A stretch of 64,000 nt of DNA, from assembly GCA_964016885.1 (NCBI GenBank), contig OZ024743.1, positions 116,188,001 to 116,252,000 on the forward strand. The letters are read 5' to 3'. The position numbers and the translations under genes were made by a program. The DNA comes from Eledone cirrhosa. Lineage: Eukaryota. Positions 11,567 through 24,570 of the stretch are shown one piece after another. The notes under the pieces were generated by a model. It worked only from the letters and a program-made list of their open reading frames with translations. It did no database searches and was not told where the DNA came from. Each line of letters opens with the position of its first letter. Positions within the stretch are counted from its first letter, which is position 1.

Positions 11567-11570
<4 letters not shown>
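11075..11570 (+). mobile_element. PLE 3' UTR/pseudo-LTR copy (U3-A8 hammerhead family)
   Basis: Inverted homologue of 5341-5850; ends in (TA)n. Confidence 0.75.
11462..11556 (+). ncRNA. U3-A8 hammerhead copy with mutated cleavage triplet (GCC), probably inactive
   Basis: ACCCC TTGATAA GTTCGGCTA...TAGCCGTC GAAA CGGCT TGAGCTC AGCCG CC GGGGT. Confidence 0.7.
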
Positions 11571-11641
<71 letters not shown>

Positions 11642-11865
11642 CTGCAGAAACGACAACGGATAAGGAACAAAGAGCTTACAAGAATATCGGAACGGAGACG
11701 GTTAGAAGGCAGAGAGACATAGCGTCATTTGTAGACTAAAGCTTTTGTCAAATCCATGGATTACACTACCGCTGGTCATTAACGGTCGTATCTGGGATGT
11801 TTTAAGACACGTACTCCCAGACATACAGAGAGACAGATGGACAGATGGCTAGATAGATAGATAGT

Positions 11866-11895
<30 letters not shown>

Positions 11896-11896
<1 letters not shown>

Positions 11897-14800
11897 CTTT
11901 CTTTATATTTGCCACCAGGGCATCAAAAAGTGGGACAAGTACAAAGGGGGGTGTTTACATAAAAAGGCGTCCTCAATAAGGAGGATGCAATATCAAAATA
12001 TAAAAATAATATATAAAATATAATAAAAAGAAATTTAATAACAAAATCCTCAATAGGGAGGAGGCGCCTTGGGGGTCGCACAAAGTGTGCAAAAATGTGT
12101 GCAACCTCTCTCCTCAGGAGCACAGAGAGGGGGTGCTCCCTTATCTTTCATCTTCCTCACCTATAGTCTGATGTAGAGTGAAGGCCCATTCACACGGGCG
12201 ATTCTCGCCACTTTCACCCATCTTTCATAAAAACGGCTGGGGTGCAGCACCTGTTCTCCATCCTGATCCTTCTTCCGAAATGATATCGGAAGAAACGACC
12301 AATTGTTGGCCAGAGAGAAAAATGTCTGACCTCAGTCATTGCAGACGCGTCCACCATACAACTTCTTTCGTCATGGCTATTACGCACAGAAACACCGCCT
12401 CTTCTTCGTTTTTGAAGAGGGGAGGCGGCTTGATCGTTAAAATAGACTCGGTGTTCAACCAGATCGGTCCCACCCTTCACAACAGTTGTTCGACACAGCC
12501 CCACAGATCGGCAATGCCCGAGCAGTGTACCAATGCGTGTGCAACGGTTTCCTCGTCGCACACGCATCTGGGACAGATCTTTTTCGAGGGGTTCCTACCC
12601 GGGCGCCCGTGTCTGTAGAGTCTTTCACGAACGGGCAGAGCCCCTCGGTAGCACTGCCAGGCCAGGGACATCTGGAAGTTATCCATGGGTCCCGCGCTGA
12701 ATATCCTACCGAACAGGTTGGCCAGTTCGTCTTCCTCCATGCCTAGGGCTTCTCCGAGGGCGTTGTCGTACCTGCTAACCACCAGCCCTCTATAGAATGA
12801 CGAGGTGGATTCTCCACTGACAGTCGGATCCGCCTGCCAGAGAGCCCTGAGCGCCTGGGCACACTCGGTGTTCCAGGCGCCCAGTTTTCTCGGTCTTTGC
12901 TTGACCCGGGATGGCAGCTCGGTGTGCGAGACGAGTCTGGGAAAGGCTCACCTCACAAACGGGGCACATACCGGTTGACCAGTGAGGAAAACCTGGAGGT
13001 GCCGTAGCCTTAATGCGTGTTTACGCATCATCAGCCACGGCATCCCCAGCCCTCGTTTCGAAGGGTCTTGACAGCAGATGGATCTCATCACCATAGGAGC
13101 CCGCTTCTTCCAAAGGAATTGGAAGAGTGCGCGCTCCATTTTGCCGAGCGTTTCCGTTGGGCAAGGCACGACAGCTATGCGGTAGTAGATGACGGACGCT
13201 ATATAAGTGTTCGACACCTCCGCCCGAACTTTCAGGGACAGTTTGCACTCGGCTCACTTCTGGGTCAATGCAAGCACCCTGTACGTTACCTCACCCCAGT
13301 TCTTCTCCACCTGAAGGTTTGGATCGAACCAGACCCCGAGCAACTTCACCGGGCCCTCCGTCCAGCGCCCGACGACGCCGTCGGAGGGCATCGATTTTCC
13401 CCGCCACGTGCCGAGTTGCAGACCGATCGGCTTGTCCCGGTTCAGCTTAGCCCCTGTAAACCTTTCGTACTCCTCCAGTAAGGTGCCGATCGCCCAGATT
13501 TCCGAGGCCGTCGACACCATTACTGTTACGTCATCGGCGTAGGCCGACGCCGCTTTCCGCAATCCCAGTTCTAACGGGATGCCCTGCAACAACTCGAACT
13601 TCCGCAGCAGTTGCTCTAGTGTCACTACATACAGAAGGGAGGAGAGAGGGCACCCTTGTCGGATGGACCGCACGATTTCGAACGGCTCCGAGAGGTAGCC
13701 GTTTACCTTGACCCTAGAGCAAATGCGGCTGCTGTGTATGGCATTGATCCAGCCCCTGAAAACGGGTCCGAAGCCTGCCGCCGCTAGCACCGCATCCAGG
13801 TAACAATCGACCCTATCGAACGCCTTAGATTGATCCAAGTTGATCAGTGCCCCACCAAAGCCGGGTTCGATCACAACCATCACTATGATGTATCGTATGA
13901 GGTGGAGGTTGTCGTGGATGGAGCTGGATGGGAGAGCACATGTCTGCGCATCTCCCACCAGGTTGCCCACGACAAGCGCCAACCTCTTTGCTAGTACCTT
14001 GGCCAAAGTCTGTAACTCTGTATTTAGCAGAGTTATGGGCCTGAAATTATTTATATCGTCCCCCTTGTTCTCGTCCTTCCTCACTAGCGTGTCTACGTCC
14101 TTGGTCACATCACAGGACATTCTCCCGTTCTGTTGCCAGTTGCAGTAGACCGCCTCGAGGAGATCGGGGAACAAGTCCGGCATAGCTATATATAGTTCGT
14201 ATGGAAGACCATCGAGACCCGGGGATTTGTGTTTGCCGCATTGGCTCAGCACGTCCTCTATCTCAGCGGCTAAAATCGGCTCCTCGCAGGACTTCGCCTC
14301 CCTGTCCGAGAGACGCGGCAGGCCGTCGAGGTATGGACCGAAGTCCACTTCCCCAACCGGCTCCCCGCCTCTTCCGAACAATCTGGCAAAGTGCTTTTGA
14401 AAAGCCTCGCACATCTGCTTAGGTTCAAGGATCACCCGTCTAACCCGGTTTTGCAAAGACCGGATAGTGGATCTACTCCCTCATTTGGTTTCTATCATGA
14501 GGGCCCTGCTAACAGCTTTGGTCCCCTCGTTTCCCAGAGCACGTATTTTGCTTCGGACGATGCAGCCTTCGTGTTTCGTGTCGAAGAACTGGCCCAGGGC
14601 CGTTCTCGACGCTAGCACTCTGGCCACGTCGCCGCTTCTAATTGCCTCTTCTACACTATCTACCAACTCCCCTTTCTTCCTATTTCTATTTGAGGCTAAC
14701 TCCTTACTGAATTCTATAGAGACTACTCTAATCTCTCTTTTGAGAGATCCCTACCACCTGCTGTTGACGATGGCGCCCGTCAACCGCTCCTTAACTAAAG

Positions 14801-15002
14801 TGCTAATCCGGTCCCTGTAAGCCTTCCTTGCCGGTAAGGACAAGTTGAGCTTCCAGTAACCGTGTCCCTGTCTATGCGTTATGTCAAGATTGACCATGCA
14901 GGTCACTAACTTGTGGTCTGAATAGCCAACCATGCGCATTTTTGGACAACTTAAAAAGTCCTTATCCTTATTTCTAACTAAGAACCTATAGAGGTACGAC
15001 CC
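11896..15002 (-). mobile_element. 5'-truncated Tx1/L1-clade non-LTR retrotransposon (family A) in (GATA)n
   Basis: Broken ORF2: APE tail (YSDHK), RT (LDQSKAFDRVD, RQGCPLS, YADD) and zf-RVT (CPRC...HALVHC). (GATA)n lies on the left and agatagata on the right. Confidence 0.93.
13254..14456 (-). pseudogene. Longest open piece of Tx1 ORF2 (RT domain, 400 aa)
   Basis: SPGLDGL, NFRPITLLNTE, KAFDRVD, RQGCPLS and YADD; flanked by stops and frameshifts. Confidence 0.9.
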
Positions 15003-15384
15003 AGATAGATATATAGCAGCCTTCTTTTTCTTTATTGCTCAGAATGTAGCTGAACCATCCTTCATTAAAGATCCCCTATAGGGGATGTTATTTGGACAAC
15101 CAGTGGCGAGGTTCTCTACTTAGTCAACACTTAATGAAGACCTGCAATTGTTTGCGGTTGGTGTTGGTGTTGGTGGTGCCTCAGAAATTTGATTGCTAAT
15201 TAGTATCAGTTTCATTTTTTAAACAGTCGGATCTTACTGAGTACGGTCAGATGTTCAGAATTCAAGATGCTCTGGAAATACAGAAAGGCAGATCATGCAT
15301 TGTAAAATATGTCAGTTACATCTTCAGCAATGCCAACTTAATCGTGGATTCTGCTTAAATGTGTAATGCATAGTAATGGGCCTC

Positions 15385-15680
15385 CGTTGGTTTCGACGAG
15401 GACCGTTCCAGTTGTTCGATCGGGTTAACAACCTGATCGTGAAATTACCGTGTAAGTGACTTAGTATTCCAGAATCATGTGGGTCCTCAATACGTTTCTC
15501 AGACTTTCAGCGTTCTAGAGTAAATGACTAGGCTGGTCTTTTGATTCACAGTACAGCTCATCTGACGGGCCTACAAGCAGTTCTCGGCTGACTAATTTCA
15601 CAAATGAAATTTCCCGAAGATGCGACACTGATTAAATTTGGAACATAGTAATTGCGAGGAGAACCCCTTAACATCGCTAC
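15385..15680 (-). mobile_element. Diverged cephalopod-type SINE (second family)
   Basis: ttccagttg...gtgaaattaccgtgtaagtg...aggctggtcttt resembles a common octopus SINE body as I recall it; similar to 50390-50675 in the opposite orientation. Confidence 0.6.
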
Positions 15681-16286
15681 GTTAATTGCTTTCCGTATAA
15701 TATTTTCACCTTTTGGTGCCAGATTAAACTTCATTTCCGTTATTCATGAATCTAAAAATTAATGAATTAATTAGGAAACTTAATTACGTAATGCTAATTA
15801 ATTACCACCGTGTACCCATTATGTCTAAATTGGAAATTTATATTTTGATTAACAAATTTATTTCCAACTGTGCTAAACAGATACGTTTGGTTTAGTGGCA
15901 CAATTATATATTTCTTCGTATATGTATTAGTAATGCACTAATATTGTTCCTCTGTAACATAGCCGTCTGAACAAATTGGTGCAGTTAGTATTTGTAGTAC
16001 TGCAACATAATGACAAGACGTTAATTATACATCCATGTTCGCTTTCCAATCATATTTTATGAGTGGGGAAATCACACGTCTTCACAAATACACACGACGT
16101 ATATGCTTGTCGGCCACACAAAAAGACCAACATGATATCCTGCAGGATATCATATAATGGAAAATTCATCCGATGCCATCGAACCCATGTCAGTAACAGA
16201 TGAAAGAATTCCCTCTTTGACGTCATATAAATAAATATAGTGAATAACCGCTTTATGTATACACAGCATCTTTTTTTAATGTTATT

Positions 16287-16342
<56 letters not shown>

Positions 16343-16680
16343 CAATTTGTGAGCAATAACATTATTCTTGGTGACACCTCTTTCTGTTTTCAATAGTAAA
16401 TGTTTTGGTGAAATGGATATTCAGCATTAAAATTCAGTATTGTCACAAACATCTGCTCTTATCTGCGTAATATATAGAGGGTATATATCAAGAAAGAGAG
16501 AACAAAGGTTCAGTTCAACAATTTGTATGTAATTGCAGGTAGCACTGGTTTCGCAAATGAGTAATTCAGGGCTTTAATCGATTAAAATTTGCTTTGAATC
16601 TCTCTTTCTATATATTTAACAATCCAAGGCAATATATAAGTATATAATTCTTTGTTTTGTAAAATATTATTTAAATTCTA

Positions 16681-16719
<39 letters not shown>

Positions 16720-16789
16720 CTCACATGCATGCGTATGTGTGTGCTTATATTTGTTTCTTTAGTAGTTCAATGTGAATAATTGTATCAGT

Positions 16790-17330
16790 TACATCGTTCC
16801 TAGCGCATCCTATATTGTCATCAAACTGCATCATATAACAGATCAATTTAGTCACTTTTCGTATGGAACCATGCGGAACCCTATCATCATTAGAAAATAA
16901 CGAGAGAATTGAAATCTTATGTTCAGTTGTGAATATGCTTGACAGGATGAAACATGGCCGAACAGTTAACGGGCCGTCTGGATATGATTTGGTCTTGGAT
17001 TCGGTACCACTGTCTGGCGTATTCGACATATCGCATTTACCATTACTTCATCACGACTGATGTTTTATGAGGTAAAGCTGCTGCTAAGCCCGTCAGACTG
17101 ATTCGAAATACTAGAAGTGCCATTTATATTGACTCTGAAACTCTGAGAAACTATCTCATAACTCTACACCTATCAGTAAAATGTGCTTACCAAACTAGAC
17201 GCGTTATTCAGGTGCAGCTAATATTTCAAGTTTGAAGAGTTTCTGATTCTCCACTAATTTACCTAAGACTCATATTGGAATACTACCCACAGATATTGTC
17301 GCCCTTGCTACTCACAACTTATCATTTGTC
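16790..17330 (+). pseudogene. Degenerate CR1/L2-like RT fragment
   Basis: ORF 16863..17060 (LDRMKHGRTVNGPSG...DSVPLSG) echoes L.DR.Q.V.VNG..S....SGVPQG; WNTLPTDIVA-like remnant at about 17277. Confidence 0.5.
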
Positions 17331-18552
17331 AAATTTTCAGTTAAACAAATGTTTGTTTCATATTTGTTTTCTAAACTAATACTGTGAACATAATCTAAAT
17401 TCTTTTGTGGTACTAACTGTAACTACGTAACCACACAAGTGAAAAAACACTATAAGAATGATTTTGTTCTGTAGAACACGCCTTTTTTCTTGGTAAATGT
17501 AATAAACTAATCTATTTCTGAGTTCTCTTCCACTATGTACTTGTTAACGCAGTTGCATATTTACTGCATACCCGAGAACAACATGACAAAAGAAAACGGT
17601 GATATATCCCAGGAGAATCAAATTACAAATATCCACGAAAACCATTAGAGAAGACAGTATTATATATATATATAACAAAACAACTGCACCTATAGTATTT
17701 ACTCGGAGAACCACTCCATGTGCAACACTTTAATGGCAAACAAAATATATAGATAAAATAAAAGAACTTAAATATAGATATAGTTATATGAATCAAAATA
17801 ATCAAACACTGAGATTCAATTTACTGAAAATCATTCAAAGCCACAATTCACTAAGGTAATCTGCAATACGCAACAATTTACTAATCATTAGCAATAAAAA
17901 GAACAGCTACAGAAGTGCCCATACTCCACTACGTCTTTTTACAAATTATGGACACCTTAAAATTAGATTGTCACCTATCGGGAGGAGAAGAAATGTCTAC
18001 ATGATATTAATAAGAGAGTAGAGTGGTAGTACAGCACTATCATATATCTCAATCGAGTTATACAGGCATTCTATGCAACATACATTCACACAAAGGCTGC
18101 AATTATTTTCTTTGACATGTTTTATGTCACATTCTGTTCATATTTCTTTCTATTAAATATTAAGACGAACATTTGCCAAGAAATGTCCGTGACTCACTTG
18201 CAATGATTAGTATTCACAACTAAACATAAGGTTTCATTTCTTTGTTATGTTCTAATGCTGGCATAGTTCCATGGAGTTTTATAGGAAAAGTGTCTAAACT
18301 GCATTGTTTTATGATGTAGATGGATGGCTAAATGGGAGAAACTAGAGACGATATAACTATATTAATAAATTGATCATTTATTCACATTGACCGGTATAAA
18401 AATGAAACATAAGCGCATATATACACATACACGAATGTGCATATATATTTTGATGTGGATATATCCATACATATTTGGCGGATTTTCTACTGTTACCTTG
18501 CTTGGATACCACCATACGATCGTTCAAAAAGTATAAGACGTTAGAACCAGGT

Positions 18553-18600
18553 AGAAGAAGAAGAAGAAGAAGAAGAAGAAGAAGAAGAAGAAGAAGAAGA
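18553..18600. repeat. (GAA)n microsatellite
   Basis: Directly visible. Confidence 0.95.
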
Positions 18601-18711
18601 ATGAATGAATGAATGGATGAATAATATATATATATTTATATATTCTTACTTCAAACACAGTATAAAGGGAATATGAAAGAAATTTCAAGAGTTTTAGAAT
18701 TATATAAAATA

Positions 18712-19419
18712 CTAGCAGTGGTACCCGGCTTTGCATGGGATAAGTTATTTTGGAACGCGGGCCGCCAACAGACCAACTCATGGAAAAACTGCATGCCTGG
18801 ACAATATGTAAAGAAAATAAACCGAATACTCTAATGGCTGGATAATCTTTAAGATTTTCCTCGATGAAGCAGGAAAAATGCAGGTTTTCCCTTAATGCGA
18901 GCCCTATGAGATCAACAAAATGAATGTTTCTTATGTGCATATTATGCATTGAAATTTCGGGGAAATCGGCTAGCCGTAACGCGTCAAAAAAGCCCTAAAA
19001 AGCTGAAAAAAAATGTAGTTTTTCACCTAATGTGGGCCCTAGGCCATAAAAAAGTTGGATTTTCTTTGCTTACGGTATGAAGAAGAGGCTGACTAATAGA
19101 TACTTACAATTTCAAGGAAATCGGTCTGACGTAACGCCTAAAAAAAAACACCTAAAAGCTGAAAAAATTGAGTTTTTCACCTAATCCCTAGGGGAACAAA
19201 ATGTTGAATTATTTTATGTGCATAACACTCCCTGAAACATAAGTAATAAACATGTAAAGTTTGAAAAAGATCGGTTGGGTACATCTCGAGTTTTAGGGAT
19301 TCAAACTCACACACACACATACACACACACATACATACACACAAGCGCGCACACACACACACATACACATACACACACACAAACACACACACACATCCTC
19401 AGTTTTATATATATATAGA
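18712..19419 (-). mobile_element. Non-autonomous Helitron
   Basis: Minus strand starts A|TCTATATATA...AAACTGAGGATG and ends CCCATGCAAAGCCGGGTACCACTGCTAG|T (TC start, subterminal hairpin, CTAG end, AT target). Confidence 0.85.
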
Positions 19420-19719
19420 TAACCTAGTGACCAATTAAATATATATTAAAATAAATAAAACCCGGAAGAGATATAAACACCCGTTTTCTGTCTACGGGGA
19501 TTCTATCAACTATAAAATGGAAGTTTATATATGTGTGGACACGTATATCCTGATGGAGACTTTGGGGCGCCATCATGATATACGCCATTATCCTGGACAC
19601 TTCAAACCTAACGGAGCCCATCTATTTTTCGATTGTGATCTCGTACAAAGAGATAGATAGAGAGAGTTGGGGAAGGGAGATAAAGAAAGAAAGACTGTGA
19701 GTGAAAAGACTTGATTGAT

Positions 19720-19855
19720 CCATTTTTTGTTGACGTCGATAGGATGAAAGGCAATACAAACTTCGGCAAGAATTGAACGCAGAGTGCGCAAGGAGCTGGA
19801 ATGAATACCACACAGCATTCTATCCAACGTTCTAAAAGCTCTGTCAATTGGTCGT
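19720..19855 (-). mobile_element. Diverged tRNA-derived SINE
   Basis: gacgtcgataggatgaaaggcaa...aattgaac matches the family at 21013. Confidence 0.65.
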
Positions 19856-20859
19856 ACACGAAATGGAGGATAAGGCTACAGAATCTATAAGAAACAGCTA
19901 GAGAAATTATACAAAATCTAATATGTTGTGCTAAGAAGTTGCCAAATATATATTCATACATGAGAAATATTTGCTTACATTACTGAGTCATCTGCTTTTC
20001 AGCACTGGTTAAGAACACGTGTCTTTTGATCTCGACGACTTTATTCCAAGAAGCTATTGTTAAGGCAAATACAAAATATGGTATGTGTGAATGAATAATT
20101 GAATACGGACATATGTCGGGTAAAATGATTATCAGCTATTTCTAGAAGATGTTTTTTAGAAAATAAGGCTGTGTAATGGAAGAATGAAATCATTTGAGAA
20201 TGAGCAGAAAAATGTTGATGGAAACAAGCAGATACAAGTCAAAATGAATTATTTTCTGGCAATATCAGGATTTAAAACGTTTGCTCATTTCTATGTTTTG
20301 TACAAACTTCAACATTCTCGTACCTATACATTGTCCACTCACATACATAGATACGGCCTTCGAAATTAGAACGTGTGATCTAATACACGCGCACAGACAC
20401 ATGCATGCGTAATTCTATTCACCAAGTATCGATTTTTTAGGTTATCATTGCGCATGCGTTAACGATAATCAATTCACAAATTTACTCGATTATTATTGCA
20501 CTATACGGAACGTAAAACCATAATATATGACATGACTAAACATACACACATACATATATATATATGTGTGTGTGTGTATGTATGTATGTGTGTGTGTGTG
20601 TGAGTGTTGGGTGAGTGAGTATATGTATCTATAAACATACACATACATTCATATATATATATATATATACACACGCACATTCACAGCGTTTTAACCTCTT
20701 CTATCTATGATTTAATTTGTGTTTGTGTCTACTGCTTATCTATGCACATCGTTTATCTGTTTACTCTGCTCCTGATGAAGAATTAACCACCGATACGTTC
20801 AACTTTCATTTTTCCTTGTTCTTATAGTTAAGATATTTATGAATATATATATATATATA

Positions 20860-21002
20860 GGAACAAGTATGACCCCGTCGGCAGAGCTGAAGCCGTTTCG
20901 ATGGCTATTTCTGCACGCCTATTTCCCATTCTACTACCCTAAGTATTGAGTAGTCTGGTGTGGTATGTTCCATCTGGTTCCTTACTACAATTCCTTTTGT
21001 TA
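20860..21002. mobile_element. Collapsed fold-back mini-copy of the U3-A8 HHR pseudo-LTR family
   Basis: Inverted HHR 3' half (ggaacaagtatgaccccgtcggc...) joined to the forward tail (...gttccttactacaattccttttgtta); (TA)n on both sides. Confidence 0.75.
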
Positions 21003-21012
21003 TATATATATA

Positions 21013-21204
21013 TAATTGTTTCTACTTTTGGCACAAGGCCAGCAATTATCCCAGTGTATTACCGGTACTTTATTTTATCGACCCCGTAAGGATGAAAGGC
21101 AAAGTAAACCTCTGCGTGATTTGAACTCATAGCATAAAGGGCCGTAATTTTTTGCTGCAAAGCATGGCGTCCGACCCTCTACCGATACTGCCAATCCACC
21201 GCCC
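21013..21204 (-). mobile_element. tRNA-derived SINE, full length
   Basis: A box TGGCAGTATCGG, B box GTTCAAATC and 3' end GTAGAAACAATT. Confidence 0.9.
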
Positions 21205-21221
21205 GTGATATATATATATAT

Positions 21222-21362
21222 AATTGTTTCTATTTTTTGGCCCAAGGCCAGCAATTATATCAGTGTATTACTGGTATTTTATGTTATCGACCCCGTAAGG
21301 ATAAAAGGCAAAGTTAACCTCGGCGGGATTTGAACTCAGTCCGTAAAGGGACGTAACTCTAT
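21222..21362 (-). mobile_element. tRNA-derived SINE, 5'-truncated
   Basis: Same body and 3' end as 21013-21204. Confidence 0.85.
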
Positions 21363-21399
21363 AATAAGAGGATATCTGTATCGTAACAGAGGAGGAGGG

Positions 21400-21424
21400 A
21401 GAGAGAAAGAGAGAGAGAGAGAGT

Positions 21425-21506
<82 letters not shown>
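21400..21506. repeat. (GA)n microsatellite
   Basis: Directly visible. Confidence 0.95.
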
Positions 21507-21510
<4 letters not shown>

Positions 21511-21653
21511 GCGATACAGATTCACTAAAGGCCGAAGCGAGGTGGACTGAATGCTTGGGTTAGCAGTGTTAAATATGAATGTATTTTCACCCAGTTTGGC
21601 TGGTTATATTAACTTTGATAGACATTTGTACTAACAAATATACTTTCTCTGAA

Positions 21654-21840
21654 GGGTGGATTGGCAGTATCGGTAGAGGGTCGGACACTATGCTTTGACA
21701 TATAGAGTTACGCCCCTTGCCATTCTGAGTTCCAATCGCACCGAGGTTAACTTTGCCTTTCAGCCTTACGGGGTCGATAAAATAAAGTACCAGTAATGTA
21801 CCGGGTAATTGCTGGTCTAGTGCCAAAAGTAGAAACAATT
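21654..21840 (+). mobile_element. tRNA-derived SINE
   Basis: gggtggattggcagtatcggtagagg...gtagaaacaatt. Confidence 0.9.
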
Positions 21841-21924
21841 ATTCATTAACATGGGTGAAAAATCATGTAAGAATAATATATTTTGTTATAACAACATGTT
21901 ATATTCATTTGCTTATATATATAG

Positions 21925-22280
21925 GGAAATGCCTCTCCAGTAACATTGTCTTCAAATGTAAGGTCGAAACACCTACGTGCCGTAGGGCGTACATAGGGTT
22001 AACCGCCAATAGATTCAAGCAGCGTATTTGCATGTACACCCATCCTGTCCTTAACCCTTAATATGACGTCACTTTCAGCTTATATCTGGAGTCTAAAAGA
22101 CAACCACACCCAATATAGATTACACTGGGAGATCCTAGCTAGGGCTAGATCGTATAACGGAAATAAAAGGCCATGTGATCCTTGTGCCGCTAAAGCCCAG
22201 GAATTACTCTACGCCAATAATCACATCTTACACAAAAAAATCTGAGGCAATTTCGGCTTGTAAACACAAATTACATAAAA
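21925..22280 (+). pseudogene. Penelope-like GIY-YIG endonuclease fragment
   Basis: GKCLSSNIVFKCKV...AYIGLTANRFKQR, then TSLSAYIWSLKD...WEILARARSY...CDPC and KKSEAISACKH, with frameshifts. Confidence 0.85.
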
Positions 22281-23297
22281 GTTTTCTGTATTACAGCCCC
22301 ACATTATACTCTTACCGATAGTACGATCAATACGCTGATAATTTACGTCTTGATGTGGTAGCTAAGTATATTTTATGTTTATACCATTATTTATTTGTAT
22401 GGTAAGTATATCCTACCCGTATGTTGTTGTGAAGGTACGTATACTTTCTCGTACGTATATATACTTGTTATAGGTTTATATATTATATTATATGTACTGG
22501 TATATGTGTATATGGTTATGTGTATTTTGTGTCTGTGTGTGTAAGCGTGGATGCGTGTTTGCACGTATGTAAGGTGTGTATATGTGTATATTATGTTTTG
22601 GTTGACGTAGTTTGGGGGACATATGTATATTTACCTGTAGTTATGTGTGTGCGTGGGCTATATTGCGTATTTATGTGTGTATATATATATACGTTTATAT
22701 AATTATATGTATACACACACACACATATATATATTTATTTTTAATGTGTATTTGGCGTATACGTTCGTATGTGTGCGGGTACATGTGCATGTGTCGCGCG
22801 GGTTTGTGTATGTGTCCGCGTGTTTATGTGTACGTGCATGTATATGCATGCACGGCGGGTGTTTTCGCGTATGCACGTTTATGTACGTATATAGATGCGT
22901 GTATGTATATATTTAATTATTAGAACTTTTATGATTTTAATAACCTCTGTCGTTTTCGTTCTACTAATTTATTTACATTATTCTTAACTCTGAAGCCGAG
23001 AATCATTCAGTTTCCTAAATAGAATATTAGCCTACGACTCCATTTATACCATAAACATTGTTTCGACTTTTGTAATAGTTCTCAATATTCCATATAACGG
23101 CGTATTATCTTCGTTTTTCTCCGTTCAGTGCCAGTGAATGTCTTCACGAAGCAAAGTAACGTCTTCCTGTTTTCCACCGGAGCAACGATTTTCGAAATGT
23201 TTACTTCTGCGTTCACAGATTGATTTTTTAGTTTCAGAAGATCCCGTTAAAGGTGAAAGCAGCGATCTTTTGCTTAAAATTAAATCTGATATATTAA

Positions 23298-24503
23298 CTC
23301 GCTTTACGCGTTTTAATTGTCCTAATAACTTAATTTAGTTATTATTGCACCGACGTGAGGTATATGATTTTTAATGCAATGAAATATCTATGATCGTCGG
23401 CAAATCACTGATGAGGGACTTATTTTATTACATGTTATCCATGTGCAACCTGCCGTATTCTTCTCCCCATTTTTCACATATATTTACCAAAACTGCGATT
23501 CTGTTTTTTTCTCTCTCTCTCTCTCTTACTGCTCCCTCGTTCTCTCTGGTTCTCCTACTTTCTTTCGCCCCCTCTGTCATGTCAGTTAACTCTTCCTCAC
23601 ACTTCCACTCACTCACTCACTGTTTCTCCTCTTCTCACTTCACCCCATTCGCGACGAAAACATTTTATCTCTTTCTCACATTTGAGTTCGTTCCCGAAAG
23701 GTCTTTTTTCTAAGCGCTCATATATTCACCTAGCTTATGCTAACAGAATAACTATGAAGCTTGTTCCCTTCCTTCTACGGTTAGCTCTCCTCTTTGTTGA
23801 TATCTTGTCTCACTCGCTTTACGCGTTTTAATTGTCCTAATAACTTAATTTAGTTATTATTGCACCGACGTGAGGTATATGATTTTTAATGCAATGAAAT
23901 ATCTATGATCGTCGGCAAATCACTGATGAGGGACTTATTTTATTACATGTTATCCATGTGCAACCTGCAGTATTCTTCTCCCCATTTTTCACATATATTT
24001 ACCTAAACTGCGATTCTGTTTTTTTCTCTCTCTCTCTCTCTTACTGCTCCCTCCTTCTCTCTGGTTCTCCTACTTTCTTTCGCCTCCTCTGTCATGTCAG
24101 TTAACTCTTCCTCACACTTCCACTCACTCACTCACTGTTTCTCCTCTTCTCACTTCACCCCGTTCGCGACGAAAACATTTTCTCTCTTTCTCACATTTGA
24201 ATTCGTTCCCGAAAGGTCTTTTTTCTAAGCACTCATATATTCACCTAGCTTATGCTAACAGAATAACTATGAAGCTTGTTCCCTTCCTTCTACGGTTAGC
24301 TCTTCTCTTTGTTGTTATCTTGTCTCACTCGCTTTACGCGTTTTAATTGTCCTAATAACTTAATTTAGTTATTATGCACCGACGTGAGGTATATGATTTT
24401 TAATGCAATGAAATATCTATGATCGTCGGCAAATCACTGATGAGGGACTTATTTTATTACATGTTATCCATGTGCAACCTGCAGTATTCTTCTCCCCATT
24501 TTT

Positions 24504-24510
<7 letters not shown>
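23298..24510 (+). repeat. 515-bp tandem repeat, about 2.4 copies
   Basis: ctcgctttacgcg occurs at 23298, 23813 and 24328; a related array lies inverted at 37889-38645. Confidence 0.92.

Positions 24511-24569
<59 letters not shown>

Positions 24570-24570
<1 letters not shown>

Noticed and set aside
5263-11570. One giant nested palindrome or DNA transposon with TIRs 5341-5850 and 11075-11570
   Set aside because: The outer arms are visibly more diverged than the inner ones, have different ends and separate TA flanks, and there is no transposase. Independent insertions explain it better.
20766-20805. CTGATGA...GATACGTT hammerhead-like remnant
   Set aside because: GAAA is altered and neither helix I nor helix II pairs.
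23110-23295. Possible host exon
   Set aside because: No convincing splice sites or domain. The minus-strand ICERRSKHFEN weakly resembles RTE linker sequence but is too weak to call.
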